From a virus (taxonomy: Duplodnaviria; Caudoviricetes), in IMG/VR virus record IMGVR_UViG_3300001525_000272, positions 1 to 64,000 of that record: DNA of 64,000 nt, one strand, 5' to 3'. Position 1 is the stretch's first letter. The number at the start of each line of letters is the position of its first letter. Below, piece after piece: positions 27,494 to 38,826 of the stretch. The notes beneath the pieces are model-generated. The model ran no database searches, was not told where the DNA came from, and saw nothing but the letters and a program-made list of their open reading frames with translations. A program made the translations under genes and the position numbers.

Positions 27494-30400
27494 ATGGCTT
27501 ATAGTGATGATCAAGCTGAAATAGATTCAATGATGTCATCTCCGATGGCTAATATGACCGGAAGTATTCCCACTAGTGAGTTAAATGCAAATATTTCTGG
27601 TTTACGTTCAACTATTAATGCTTTAAGTCAACAAGTCGTTTCTTTGAGTAAATCTACAGCAAGTGTTGCTACCCAGTTTGCCAAACAAGCTAATAAAGAA
27701 TATGGTATAGATGGTAGGGCAATGGGTCAATCTATTGCTGGTGCAATTGCTGGCCCATTGGGTGTTGTTTTTACAAAAACACTTTCTGAATCCGGTGTTG
27801 GTGAAAGAATCGGTGCCGGTTTAAAGAATTCGATTGGATCATTAGTTTCTAAATTTAGGAGTAATAAACCAGATTATCAAAGTGGATTTCTTGATCCTTC
27901 ATCAATGAGTAAGATCAGTAATCAGAATACAAGAGTTCTTACTGATACTATTGGTACTGATATTAATAAACCACTTGTTGAAGCAAATAGAATTGCACAA
28001 TTAGAGTTAAATGAAACTAGAAAAGGTAATACTGACATCACTAGTGCTGTTAGAAATGTTTCGACTACAATAAGTGATACTAGTGAAAGTTATACAGAAT
28101 CTATTATTTCTGCTTTAGAGAATCTTGGTACTAAGTTTGAAGATAGTCAAGCAAAAGGGCCAGCAAATCCATTTGTCGATTTTGCAAAATCAATCTTTTG
28201 GTCATCTAAAATTGGTACTTTATTCAAGGGTAAATATACTAATGATATTACAAGATCAAAGAATCCTTTAGAAACACAAGTATCAGCATTATTACAGATT
28301 TATAGATGGCAACGTCTTTATGGTGAATTGACAAAGAATCAGTTTAATGAGATTATTAGACTGATGGGTGGTCAAGAAAAAGATGTTGTAGGTAAACATA
28401 GTCTTTTAAAAGATTTTTGGTTGAGAAACAAAAAAGATATCAAGAAGAAAATTGGTAATGGTTTTCAAACCAAACTCATCGACTTCTTTATGTATGATGA
28501 AGAGGATCGAGATGATAGAAACAGAGCTGCTATGGCTGCTGGTCTCGGTCAAACTCTGAATGGAAATAGAAAAAAGTTATTTGATTTGAAAACAATACTC
28601 AGCGGTGAAGATGATAAAGAATCTGCATTGGGTTATGCCAAGGGTTTAAATACTGATTTGATGTCTGCAGAACAATTGCAGAGAGCAAGCGATGAATTAT
28701 CAAGCAGATTTAATAGATATCAGAAAGCATCTTCATATGGTGAATGGATAAAACCAGATGTAGATTATAAATCAGTCAAAGCAGCAAATGATGCAAAAAG
28801 AGAAGAGATTCAAAAGATTAAAGATAATTTAACGAAAAGAAGAAAGATTTATAATCCATTGAATTGGTTTGATAGTAAAGAAAAAAGAATTGAAAAAAGT
28901 AAAGCGGAAATAGCTAAGAAAGAAGCCGAGTTAAATACTAATGAAACTGTAAATAAACAAATCAAAGAACTTAAAGACAGTAAAAAATCTACAACTGATA
29001 AAGAAGAGTTAAAAGCCATTAATGAACAGATTAAGGCTTTAAAAAAGAAACTTAATACAGAAACAGAAGAGTCATTACAATATAAACGTAAAAAGTTTTA
29101 TAATGGGGTTGATCCGGAACTTTATGAATCTTATGGTGGATTACCAAAAGTAAAAGGTATCAACATTTCCCATAATTATAACAATACTATTTCACCACCA
29201 CCCAGCAGTAGTAATAAGGGTGGTATTTTTAAACCAGTTTCACCAAATCCATTATATAATTCATCATTAGAAGGACTCATTACCGGATCTATTCCTGTCA
29301 CTATAATGGGTTATTCTCAATCAGATGAGAATAACAGTAAATCGACACAATCTATAATTGCAAAAGCAAAACAATTGTCAACTATTGATATTGCCAAAAA
29401 GGATCCAGAATCACTCAAAATATCTTTACCTGTTGCAACTGATCCTCAAACTGCATTATTACAAACAGTAGCAAAAAGTACAGCTATAACTGCAGCAGCT
29501 GCTTCGAAAAGTGCTCATTATCAAGAAAAGATCTTTAAAGATGATCAAGAAGATGAATCAGAAGCAGAAAGAAATAGAAGATGGCAACGCGAATGGGATA
29601 AGAAGCAAAAAGAAAAAGAAAGAGGTGGTGGCGATGGAAGTGGTGGCAATAGTTTTCTTGATAAAGCTGGAAGATTTATTGCTCCAGTTGTAGGTGTTGC
29701 AGCTGGTGCTTGGGGTGGATGGAAACTTGCCAACTGGCTTAACCCATTTAAAAAAGATGAAAATGTAAAAGAGAGTACCAAAGATGCTTTTGCAATGAAT
29801 GGTTCTGTTGCTGGTGCAAAGGGTGGTATGGCAGTAGTAGATGCAGTTACAGAAGCTGCCAAGAAAACACCAATAAAAAAGGTTCCTGGATTTAAAACAA
29901 CTACTAGAGTTGGAAAATTTTTGGGTAAGACTGGTGTTGGTGCACTCAATGTTGTAAATACAGGTCTTCATGCTGCTGATGGTATAAGCAGAATAAGTGA
30001 TGGTCAATCTGTAAGAGGCACCAATCAAATGATTAATGGTGTAACAAACTGGATTCCTGGTGGTGGTTTGATTACATCAATGTATGGAGATCTTGCTACT
30101 GAATTTGGTGATAGTGTTCAAGGTAAAGTTAGTGATTTAACTGCTAAAGCAACATTAAAAGATGGAACTGTACTTGAAACTAATAAGGCTAATAGAGTTG
30201 GTGATAATGCTACATTAATGGCTCAACGATTTGGTACTGTAGCATTACCAGCAGCAACAAGTATGACAGCACATGGTTTACAAACACTCGGTACAACAAC
30301 AAGTACAAAATTATTAACAAATGCTGGTACCAAATTGGGTACTTTTGCTGCCAGTAAAGCAGCTACTAAAATTCTTCCTGGTATTGGTACAGCTCTTACT

Positions 30401-32041
30401 GCAGTAGATGTAGCCAGTAGAATTAAAGAAGGGGATAAAGCTGGTGCTCTTCTTTCTGCTGGTGCTGGTGCTGCTGCATTTATTCCCCCACCAGTTATTG
30501 GTCTTGGAATTTCTGTAGCTCTTAGTTGTGTATTAATGATTTGTGATATACTTGATGGTATTAAACAAATGAAGGCTGCTGAAAATGTACAAAATGCTAT
30601 GAATGATCCAAGATTCTTTATGGATTCGAATATAGCAAATCAAGTACAAAAAATTGGAAATGATAAAGATTTATCAGATGGAGAAAAATTAATTTTGATT
30701 TCTAATATATATAAAAAGTGGAGAAGTCAGAATGGTAAACCGGAACAATTTAGTGAAGAAGTTGGTTTAATGTGTAGTAATAGAATCTTTATGAAGAATA
30801 AAGATACTCATACAGCATTTATTAAAATAGAAGAACTTTGTAAAAAAGCTAAACTCAGCAAACAAGTAGCATTTAGATTTAAAATAGCATATTATGATAA
30901 ATGGAAAATAATTCAAGTTAAGAGAATTGGACTTGGTAAAGTAATAGATATAGTACAAAATAAGGCTCTAAAAGATAAAGAATTTTGTCGGGTACAGAAA
31001 GAGAAAATCAAAATCTTAAATAAAGCCCTCAAGAAACATAAACTTGATCATTATATATATTATGGCGATCTTTATTATATGTATTATAATTGGGTTAACC
31101 AACATAAACATGATAAGAATGGAAATAATCAGTATGCAGATCTGTTTAATGATTATGCAATCAAACACGAAGAAGCATCTAAACCCAGAGAACTAACAGC
31201 TGTTGATAAAGCATTAGAAAATGGTGGTGCTGTTGGTGGTAGTACTGTTAATCAAAATGAGGTCTTAGCTAAAAAATTAGATAAAGCAAAAAAGAGTATT
31301 GAAGTTAAAGAAACTCCAGTTACTGAAAAAGCAACAGAAGCAAAGAAAGAAACTGAAATTAAACCAAGTAATTCTAAACAAGATATGATAGATAGGATAA
31401 TAAATGAACAGAAAAATTATGTCAATCCTCAAGCACTCGAATACTACGGAAAAGAAAAATTAGAAAAAGAACCATGGCATAATTATGAAGAATTTAGATA
31501 TGAAAATGGAAAATTAATACCAATAGCAACTTCATTGAATTCAGCTAAGATGGTACATAATATGAATCAAAGAATATTGAATGTAAAAGAAAGTGGTAAA
31601 CATAAACAAATTGCTGGTGAACCAATATTGTTAGATAAACCGTTATCAGAAAAACAACTTGACGTAATGGAAAGAAGTTTAAAAACTGGTTACAAATATG
31701 AACCACAACTTATAGCAAGATATGAAATGCAGAAAAAAGGTAATATAAAAGTCGTTTCTGATAATTCAACCGCTCAAAATATGCAAGAGGTTAAGAAAAA
31801 TCAACAACTTGAAGCATCTAACAAAGTGTATTCTCAAACTAAAGCATTAGAAGGAACTACTAAAGCAGTTAAAGATGGAACAGATAGAGCTGTTGCTGCT
31901 GGAAATGTAAATGCTGCTAAAATTTCCAATAGTGTTAGTAATGTTACTAATGTTATCAACAATAATAATAGTGGTGGTAATGATAATGATAATCCAACAC
32001 TTTATCAACCGAATATTGCTTCCAATGTAATGAATGTATAA
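27494..32041 (+). CDS. Tape measure protein
   Basis: 1515 aa, helical/coiled with G/A-rich hydrophobic stretches (GAAAFIPPPVIGLGISVALSC) and the C-terminal SNVTNVINNNNS...NPT motif typical of myophage TMPs; followed by a hub/tube-initiator-like gene. Confidence 0.75.
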   Translation: MAYSDDQAEIDSMMSSPMANMTGSIPTSELNANISGLRSTINALSQQVVSLSKSTASVATQFAKQANKEYGIDGRAMGQSIAGAIAGPLGVVFTKTLSESGVGERIGAGLKNSIGSLVSKFRSNKPDYQSGFLDPSSMSKISNQNTRVLTDTIGTDINKPLVEANRIAQLELNETRKGNTDITSAVRNVSTTISDTSESYTESIISALENLGTKFEDSQAKGPANPFVDFAKSIFWSSKIGTLFKGKYTNDITRSKNPLETQVSALLQIYRWQRLYGELTKNQFNEIIRLMGGQEKDVVGKHSLLKDFWLRNKKDIKKKIGNGFQTKLIDFFMYDEEDRDDRNRAAMAAGLGQTLNGNRKKLFDLKTILSGEDDKESALGYAKGLNTDLMSAEQLQRASDELSSRFNRYQKASSYGEWIKPDVDYKSVKAANDAKREEIQKIKDNLTKRRKIYNPLNWFDSKEKRIEKSKAEIAKKEAELNTNETVNKQIKELKDSKKSTTDKEELKAINEQIKALKKKLNTETEESLQYKRKKFYNGVDPELYESYGGLPKVKGINISHNYNNTISPPPSSSNKGGIFKPVSPNPLYNSSLEGLITGSIPVTIMGYSQSDENNSKSTQSIIAKAKQLSTIDIAKKDPESLKISLPVATDPQTALLQTVAKSTAITAAAASKSAHYQEKIFKDDQEDESEAERNRRWQREWDKKQKEKERGGGDGSGGNSFLDKAGRFIAPVVGVAAGAWGGWKLANWLNPFKKDENVKESTKDAFAMNGSVAGAKGGMAVVDAVTEAAKKTPIKKVPGFKTTTRVGKFLGKTGVGALNVVNTGLHAADGISRISDGQSVRGTNQMINGVTNWIPGGGLITSMYGDLATEFGDSVQGKVSDLTAKATLKDGTVLETNKANRVGDNATLMAQRFGTVALPAATSMTAHGLQTLGTTTSTKLLTNAGTKLGTFAASKAATKILPGIGTALTAVDVASRIKEGDKAGALLSAGAGAAAFIPPPVIGLGISVALSCVLMICDILDGIKQMKAAENVQNAMNDPRFFMDSNIANQVQKIGNDKDLSDGEKLILISNIYKKWRSQNGKPEQFSEEVGLMCSNRIFMKNKDTHTAFIKIEELCKKAKLSKQVAFRFKIAYYDKWKIIQVKRIGLGKVIDIVQNKALKDKEFCRVQKEKIKILNKALKKHKLDHYIYYGDLYYMYYNWVNQHKHDKNGNNQYADLFNDYAIKHEEASKPRELTAVDKALENGGAVGGSTVNQNEVLAKKLDKAKKSIEVKETPVTEKATEAKKETEIKPSNSKQDMIDRIINEQKNYVNPQALEYYGKEKLEKEPWHNYEEFRYENGKLIPIATSLNSAKMVHNMNQRILNVKESGKHKQIAGEPILLDKPLSEKQLDVMERSLKTGYKYEPQLIARYEMQKKGNIKVVSDNSTAQNMQEVKKNQQLEASNKVYSQTKALEGTTKAVKDGTDRAVAAGNVNAAKISNSVSNVTNVINNNNSGGNDNDNPTLYQPNIASNVMNV

Positions 32042-32058
32042 ATATGGAGATTTGATTT

Positions 32059-33258
32059 ATGGCTGACAGTGAAGAGACAGAAGTAAAATATATCTTACCG
32101 AAGTATCTTGGTCATCCCGGATATGTTTTTGATCCAGTTGAAATGAATACTAGTGGGATTAGTTTTGAAACAAAAATTGATCAGTCTCTTCAAATTGCAT
32201 ATCTTCATCCATTAAATACAGAAATTACTGGTGATCTCAATATTTATAGAGGTGTTGATGGTTGGGATGAATATGTAGAATATCTTGCTGTAAATGGTGT
32301 TGGTGTTCCCGCTGACATAGCAAAATCAAAACGTATTGCTGCTGTATGTAGTGTTAATACTCCTATGGCAGAATCATATACTAATGAGTATGGACAATCT
32401 CAAATACTTAGTGGATTAGTAAGTAGAACTTCTGGTGGGTGGGATGAAATCTCATTTATGACGGGTGGTTTGAATGCTGAAAATTTTAAAAAGCAAGGCG
32501 GAATGGTTAAAGTACTTGGAGATGCTTGGGGTTGGACTGGTGATACAGTAGCTGGTGCTGCAGATTGGGTTAGTAAAACAACAGGATTGGGTAATGCAGA
32601 ATCAATCAAACAAGATGTTGCTGAAATGATTAAGAATCCCGGATCCAAGCTTGATATTCCTACAATGTGGAAAGGAAGTTCTTGCTCAGTAAGTTACGAA
32701 CTTAGCATCAGATTAAATTGTTTTAATTCTAAAAATGATAAACAATATGGATCAGGTATCCTTGCTCCATTAGTAGCACTTCTTCAATTTGTAACACCAA
32801 GATCTAATAATGGTAAGTTTTATACTTGGCCGTTCTTATTGGAATTAAACATTCCTGGTTGTGTTTATCTTCCGCTTGCATATTGTTCTAATATGACTGT
32901 TTTGAAAGGTGGAGATGTAAACGATATATCTTGGTGCGGTAGACCAAACATGATTGATGTAAGAATGTCAATCAATAGTGTTTACGGAGTTACAGTAAAC
33001 TCAAAAGATAGTAGTTATGGTGGTGATCGTCCAAGTATTATGCAACAACTTCTTGCATTAAACGGAATGGATGATCGTGGTGGTTTAAAACAACCAGTGC
33101 TTGTTGAAGAAAAAGAGGAAGAACAACCCAAAAAAGTAAATTATGTTTCTACATCAAATGCTTCTGGAAGTGGTGCTGTAGAAGATACATCTAGAACCAA
33201 AGAAAAACCAGATGAAGAAAAAGATGCAATGAAAGCACTTAATGATTTAGTAACTTAA
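32059..33258 (+). CDS. Baseplate hub / tail tube initiator-like protein
   Basis: IPTMWKGSS...YELSIRL...FYTWPFLLELNIPG...CSNMTV.KG...P.MIDVRMSI resembles tube-fold (gp48/gp54-like) proteins; position after the TMP. Confidence 0.5.
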   Translation: MADSEETEVKYILPKYLGHPGYVFDPVEMNTSGISFETKIDQSLQIAYLHPLNTEITGDLNIYRGVDGWDEYVEYLAVNGVGVPADIAKSKRIAAVCSVNTPMAESYTNEYGQSQILSGLVSRTSGGWDEISFMTGGLNAENFKKQGGMVKVLGDAWGWTGDTVAGAADWVSKTTGLGNAESIKQDVAEMIKNPGSKLDIPTMWKGSSCSVSYELSIRLNCFNSKNDKQYGSGILAPLVALLQFVTPRSNNGKFYTWPFLLELNIPGCVYLPLAYCSNMTVLKGGDVNDISWCGRPNMIDVRMSINSVYGVTVNSKDSSYGGDRPSIMQQLLALNGMDDRGGLKQPVLVEEKEEEQPKKVNYVSTSNASGSGAVEDTSRTKEKPDEEKDAMKALNDLVT

Positions 33259-33265
33259 TTCATTT

Positions 33266-34411
33266 TTAAACATAGTATCTAAGATATATTGCCATATAGT
33301 AAGCAATAAAGTTTCTTGATACGCTCTTACTTTGTATAGTAAGACCATTATACCAATTCTGAAGTTGTAATTTATCAACTAACATTAATTGGATATCATC
33401 TATAACCTTTTTGAAATAAACTTGTTGTTTTGTACTCTTTATAGCCATCAGACTTCTAATGTAATCTAAAAACTTAGTTTGCTTAATGATTTGGAGGTCA
33501 GGGAGCGTTTTAAGCAACAAGTAATATCCTAACTTAATGTTTTCTATGAACGCAGGTTGGGCTAAATTTTCGGCATATTGGATAGCAAGTTTTCTGTTGA
33601 ATTTAGTAATAGAAGTTGCTTGTTGAATGGCAACACTATTACGTTTTCTATAGATACACATATCTTCTGCTATCTTATTTATAAATGCTTTCAGTTTGGT
33701 TTCTTTTGTAGTATCCCAATCTTGTTCATCTCCTGTAGTATTAGAAGTCTTCTTTTTATAGATATCATAATACTTATTCATCAATGATCTAATAGATTGT
33801 TTAATTCTATTCTTTAAACTATAAATCATTGAAAAGATCTTATTACTATCATCTTCAACCAATGCTGTTTTGAATTTGGTAAATACATCATTACTGAAAT
33901 AGATGATACTTGCAGCAATAGTTTGTTTCTTTCTAAACATATGATTTTGAGAAAGACTTTCTAACGCTGATTGAAATACATCAGGTAAACATAATGCTTT
34001 TTTATTACCGCTACGTTTGGATGTAGTAAAATGATACAATGTATTACTGTAAGTTCTCAAAGAAAACAAATGAAATGTTGCTTGTGCACCCATTAAATTA
34101 TTTACTTCAAGATACTTTTGAGTTATCAAAACAAGTAATGTTGTATATGGATCATGTACTAATTTAAACTGACTTCTTTGTGGTCCATACTTCTCCATTG
34201 AATATTGTAATAACAATTTCTCGTTTGTATTACACATATGAAGAAGATCTTTGAATATGTTACTAGTTTTTGGATAATAACATGATTCAATAAGATTACT
34301 AAACTCAAGAGAAACATGATTGACTATATAACGATAAAGATAATCCAAATCTATTACACTAATGATTTTCTTATCATCAACTAAACTCTTGATTACAAAT
34401 GTTCTTTTCAT
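33266..34411 (-). CDS. Putative sigma-like promoter-specificity subunit of phage RNAP (phiKZ gp68 / AR9 gp226-like)
   Basis: All-helical 381 aa. The pattern DPY..LL.LI..YL...A...F...R.YS..L.HF...C...VF..AL..LS..H.F.K...L..RI.QS.R....YY resembles my recollection of that family; not search-confirmed. Confidence 0.4.
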   Translation of the reverse strand: MKRTFVIKSLVDDKKIISVIDLDYLYRYIVNHVSLEFSNLIESCYYPKTSNIFKDLLHMCNTNEKLLLQYSMEKYGPQRSQFKLVHDPYTTLLVLITQKYLEVNNLMGAQATFHLFSLRTYSNTLYHFTTSKRSGNKKALCLPDVFQSALESLSQNHMFRKKQTIAASIIYFSNDVFTKFKTALVEDDSNKIFSMIYSLKNRIKQSIRSLMNKYYDIYKKKTSNTTGDEQDWDTTKETKLKAFINKIAEDMCIYRKRNSVAIQQATSITKFNRKLAIQYAENLAQPAFIENIKLGYYLLLKTLPDLQIIKQTKFLDYIRSLMAIKSTKQQVYFKKVIDDIQLMLVDKLQLQNWYNGLTIQSKSVSRNFIAYYMAIYLRYYV

Positions 34412-34425
34412 TCTATAAATTCCTC

Positions 34426-37400
34426 TTAAACTCTTTCAATTTGAACAGTTACAGTTGATTTACTATAATCGGATTCACTGCTAGATTTGCCTCTAAATCC
34501 GATATATTGTGGAGTAAAATCAAGCATTTGTTTTTGAGTTAAATCATCAATTGTATAATCAAATCTGATATTAAATTCAGGATTCAAAATTTCGGCATAT
34601 ACAACACCAGATATACTTCTACAAACCTTTAAGAGTTCAGAAATATCTATATTTTTCTGAATACCAATTTTTGATTGATAATAAGTAGTCAATGCATCAA
34701 TAATTTCATTAGTAATAGTTTCATCAGATTTACTAACTACTGTATTATCAACCTCGATTTTAACTTTGATATCTAAAGGTATATTATATTCACTTACATT
34801 CTTCCACGTTCTACCAGTCCATACAAGTGTATTATAATATCCATCAGAATCAAGTTCATCCTTGACTCTTACATACATACCTCTCTTTGGTTCAATTAAT
34901 TGATATGTATATGTATAATTTGGAGCATCACCACTTACTAATCTTAAAACTATATAACCAAGATATTCACTCAGAGGTGTCTTACCCATCTCATCAATAA
35001 ATCCATTGGCTATATAATATATACCACTTTGACCAGCTGTTGCCGCTGGATCTGTTTTACTTCCGCTACCATAATCAGTATTAATGATTACGTCAGTTGG
35101 AATACTTTGTGTATCACTATCCCACCATGGAGTATTATCATATCTTGATTCTACTGTATAAGAAGGTGTATTATATTTCAAGTTAGTCATTACACCATAT
35201 GTATCACAGAATTTTATGTTAATAAAATCTGTCAACATCTTCTTATCAGTAAATGACAAAGAAGTTATAAGTTTTTGCATTACACTCAATTCAAAATTAC
35301 TACTTCCTGTATTACTATCACTTTCAACAATATCTTTATAATATGATTTGAGAATTACTGGAACGTTATGTAATCTACAACTACCATCTTCATTGAATGT
35401 TATTGTAGACTCCATGAAAGTATCAAGATTTCTTCTAATGATTACATCACAGTAATAAGTATGAAGACTGCTCCAAGCCATCTGAACTTTAGTATTTGAT
35501 TTTCCTGATACTAAGTTTCCTTGTGCATCTATAATTATACTTCCATCTGTTCCAACAAATGATCCATCAAGATTTCTCTTTGGTCCCCAAGCTTCTATAT
35601 CAAATTCAAATCTTTGTAATCCATCTGGAACATTTAAATAGTTATCAATAGTCCAACCAAACGAAGTATATGCACCATCTGAATTCTTTGTATATGTATA
35701 CCCGTATGCGGCAGTAGCATCATATACTTTATTATCACCCCATTTGGTAGTCATTGTTGCCTGGAATGTTTGAACATTAAAACCACCATAATTATCAAAC
35801 AAATTCTTTAACTGATATGCTGTCATGTTATTTTCATTATCAATTGTAGAATTTTCTTGAACATTATGATTTACTTTGAATGTTACATTTACAGCATAAT
35901 TAGTACTAAGTGTTGATTTTCTACTAGTATTTATAGAGAAACTACAACCGTTTCCTGTAATATAACTATATTTATCATAGAAACTATCTCTAATTTTACT
36001 ATATTTAGAAACCGGTGTACCGTCTACACTTTGAAGCATATAGTCATATGATGCTGTTTTAGTAGTTCTGTTTAATGTCATATTAAACAGTGTTATAAAA
36101 GTATCATTTCCTACATCAACATCTGTATTTCTCATGATAGTAAATTCATTACTATCACTTGTCCATTCTGTATTGGATATATCTATGTATGTATTTCTAG
36201 TTGGAACTATTTCATTTACATTATTTGCAATGTAATTTAATGTAGTAAACACCATCATTTCATTACATTTAATATCACTTCTCTTCAATATCGGATATGC
36301 ATTTTTTATTGGTAAATCATTTCCACATATTGTAGTTATATCATCATAATCATTATCACTAACCAATCTCTTCTTAGAAGAAAGATTTACGATTGCATTT
36401 TGTTTAATTTCTGGTAAAGTTAAAAGATCTAAACCACCATATGCTGCTGATGGGTTATTGATAGTAAATGAAACCGTACCAGTTCCACTAGAAGAGTTTT
36501 GATAAATCGTATCACCATCAGAGATAGTATTTGAAATTACATTACCTGTTGATCCTTGTGTTATATGTAATCTCACAGCTATAATAGATCCCGGAGCCGG
36601 TTGCTTACCAAGGATACCATTACCAAACATAATCTCACCCTTATTATAACCACCAACCCAACAATATTGAGTTTTCTTGGCAGTCATACTATAAATACCA
36701 TTTACAGCTTCTTCCCATTTAACCCAGTTACATATATTACCAGCACTATCATACATTTCTTCTGTCGGATCAAATGTTTCAGGACTCAGGGTTCCATCAA
36801 TACTTGAATCAGAAGTATTAAGTTTTTGGTTAATGGTTGGAGATATTACATATACATCAAGATCACTAACCTGACCTTCATATTCAATTGGTATATTATA
36901 ATACTGATCAGTACTCAAATCATCTGGTACATTGAATATCTTTAACTGAATATCCTTCTGTATAAATGTAAGATAGAAATATGCAGTTTTACCATCTGAT
37001 GAAAGATATACCGGTTTATAGTTACCATCACTATCTCTTACATTGAGAATACTATTATTAATAACTTTGGCTGTAATTTCATTAGTAATCAATGTATTAT
37101 TTACATTTACTTTAGCAGCACTTACACTATCTAATGAATCACTCTTAATCATGAATGGAATATCTCCAGCTCTTGCATGAAAATATGGAGATATTGTGAA
37201 AGAAGCCTGACTTGTTGTAAATTCAAGATTTACACCCATAAGCAAATCTACTTGTGCTGGTGTAGCCTTTGGTATTACATAACCAATCCATTTTGCAAGA
37301 TTTGATACAGATTCTGTTAATTGAGCATCAACAAAGAAAAATTCTTTATAAATTGTTGCATCATAAAAGATATGATTGGCGGAAAGAATAGATAACTGAT

Positions 37401-37584
37401 CAATTAAATAAGCCAGATATGATGTCTTATTGATATCAGAATCATTCAAATTAAGATACTGTTTAGCATATTCAATTAATGCAGATCTAATCTTCTCTCT
37501 TGATCCATAAATATTAACACCCTGATTAACAATTTGATTAAGCAAAATGCTATCAGAATCTGTACTTTTAGTTGAAGTAGCCAT
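34426..37584 (-). CDS. Baseplate wedge protein (T4 gp6-like)
   Basis: EFFFVDAQLTESVSNLAKWIGY.IP.ATPA, IMFGNGILGKQP..GS.I.V...ITQG..GN, GG.D..T..EIKQNA....SS..RLVS.NDY. Confidence 0.85.
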   Translation of the reverse strand: MATSTKSTDSDSILLNQIVNQGVNIYGSREKIRSALIEYAKQYLNLNDSDINKTSYLAYLIDQLSILSANHIFYDATIYKEFFFVDAQLTESVSNLAKWIGYVIPKATPAQVDLLMGVNLEFTTSQASFTISPYFHARAGDIPFMIKSDSLDSVSAAKVNVNNTLITNEITAKVINNSILNVRDSDGNYKPVYLSSDGKTAYFYLTFIQKDIQLKIFNVPDDLSTDQYYNIPIEYEGQVSDLDVYVISPTINQKLNTSDSSIDGTLSPETFDPTEEMYDSAGNICNWVKWEEAVNGIYSMTAKKTQYCWVGGYNKGEIMFGNGILGKQPAPGSIIAVRLHITQGSTGNVISNTISDGDTIYQNSSSGTGTVSFTINNPSAAYGGLDLLTLPEIKQNAIVNLSSKKRLVSDNDYDDITTICGNDLPIKNAYPILKRSDIKCNEMMVFTTLNYIANNVNEIVPTRNTYIDISNTEWTSDSNEFTIMRNTDVDVGNDTFITLFNMTLNRTTKTASYDYMLQSVDGTPVSKYSKIRDSFYDKYSYITGNGCSFSINTSRKSTLSTNYAVNVTFKVNHNVQENSTIDNENNMTAYQLKNLFDNYGGFNVQTFQATMTTKWGDNKVYDATAAYGYTYTKNSDGAYTSFGWTIDNYLNVPDGLQRFEFDIEAWGPKRNLDGSFVGTDGSIIIDAQGNLVSGKSNTKVQMAWSSLHTYYCDVIIRRNLDTFMESTITFNEDGSCRLHNVPVILKSYYKDIVESDSNTGSSNFELSVMQKLITSLSFTDKKMLTDFINIKFCDTYGVMTNLKYNTPSYTVESRYDNTPWWDSDTQSIPTDVIINTDYGSGSKTDPAATAGQSGIYYIANGFIDEMGKTPLSEYLGYIVLRLVSGDAPNYTYTYQLIEPKRGMYVRVKDELDSDGYYNTLVWTGRTWKNVSEYNIPLDIKVKIEVDNTVVSKSDETITNEIIDALTTYYQSKIGIQKNIDISELLKVCRSISGVVYAEILNPEFNIRFDYTIDDLTQKQMLDFTPQYIGFRGKSSSESDYSKSTVTVQIERV

Positions 37585-37606
37585 CTTTTAAATCTCTTTT
37601 AAAAAC

Positions 37607-38290
37607 TTAAATAGTTACTGTTTCACAGTATAAACCAGATTGCTCATCAAACAATCCTTTTAGTTTGTTCTCACATTTCTGTTCTAGTATTTTTTCAAGA
37701 ACAATTGATGCATCCATGTTATAAAGTCTTTTCTCATAATCCATAAATTCAAGAATATCATTAAGTTGCATATTGATTTTTGACTTGGTTACATATGAAA
37801 CCTTCATATTAATCTTGTAAAAACCAAGTTCAAAATCATTAGATTTTTCTACATTTACAACTTCGTATAAAGGTGGATCATTTAATATAAAATGGTTATT
37901 TACATTAAACATATCAAATGCTACAAAATCATGAACTTTTGGAACAACACCAGTAGTTCTTGGGAAAAATGCATCAAGTAATTTTTCTGTATTGGTCGTA
38001 CCCCTTTCATCATTAGTGGGAGTAGTATTTACTTGACCAAGTCCATTGATTGGTAATTCTAAAATCTTTCTCCATCTCCAACCAGATTTTTCGCCAACCA
38101 TTTCATAAGAACCACCATTAAGTTTCTTTTTATCAATATTTGAATTTTCTATATCAAGATTGTAGTAAGTTACTTTAATGGTATTAAGATTCCATTGAGA
38201 ATAATAATCATTTACCAGATCTACATACCAATTAGCATACTGCTGCTTAGTACTAAATTTTGGTTGATTGATATATGTTTTATTAATCAT
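37607..38290 (-). CDS. Putative neck / head-tail protein (gp14-like)
   Basis: V.YY.LD.ENS..D......YE.VG..SG.RW..I..LPI...PKVHDFV...LYEV..VE pattern. Start at ATG 38290, just after the gp25-like stop. Confidence 0.4.
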   Translation of the reverse strand: MINKTYINQPKFSTKQQYANWYVDLVNDYYSQWNLNTIKVTYYNLDIENSNIDKKKLNGGSYEMVGEKSGWRWRKILELPINGLGQVNTTPTNDERGTTNTEKLLDAFFPRTTGVVPKVHDFVAFDMFNVNNHFILNDPPLYEVVNVEKSNDFELGFYKINMKVSYVTKSKINMQLNDILEFMDYEKRLYNMDASIVLEKILEQKCENKLKGLFDEQSGLYCETVTI

Positions 38291-38292
38291 GA

Positions 38293-38757
38293 TTATTGTT
38301 CTCCCCAAACAGAACTCATTTCTGATTCTTTATCAGGAACCATATTAGAACCAAGATTTTTCATAAAAATACTCAATGGTGTCTTGTTCTGTTCTCCTTG
38401 AATAGATAATACAACATCTACTGTTGCTGTTTTATTACTCATTTGAATGTTTACATTACTAACTTTAACCCTGGATTCAAATCTCTCAATTCTATCTTTT
38501 ACTTCATATTTGATTTCTTCTTCTGTTACACTATCAGCCATTTCAAATAACTTTTTATATAACAAAGATCCATAATTTGGATCAAATGGATATTGACCCA
38601 ATGGAGTCATAAGAAGATTTCTTATAGATGTAATAATGGCATCCTTACCAGTTACTTCTTTCCAATCACCATTTTGATCAATAACTGGATAAATATCTTT
38701 AGCGATATTGTATGTAGCAATTCGCTTTGTTTCAAACTTCTTATATTCGTTAGACAT
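38293..38757 (-). CDS. Baseplate wedge / sheath initiator (T4 gp25-like)
   Basis: DAIITSIRNLLMTPLGQYPFDPNYGSLLYKKLFE...IERFESRV.V..V is the gp25/GPW signature. Start MSNEY at 38757. Confidence 0.9.
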   Translation of the reverse strand: MSNEYKKFETKRIATYNIAKDIYPVIDQNGDWKEVTGKDAIITSIRNLLMTPLGQYPFDPNYGSLLYKKLFEMADSVTEEEIKYEVKDRIERFESRVKVSNVNIQMSNKTATVDVVLSIQGEQNKTPLSIFMKNLGSNMVPDKESEMSSVWGEQ

Positions 38758-38784
38758 ATATAAAACAAACAAAAATATACTAAA

Positions 38785-38799
38785 ACTATAGATTTGTTC
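38785..38799 (-). promoter_or_regulatory. Putative phage late promoter (GAACAAATCTATAGT on - strand)
   Basis: 42 nt upstream of the gp25-like start; fits AACA-N6-TA exactly. Confidence 0.55.
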
Positions 38800-38826
38800 C
38801 CATATATAGAAAATTGGGAGAATTCT

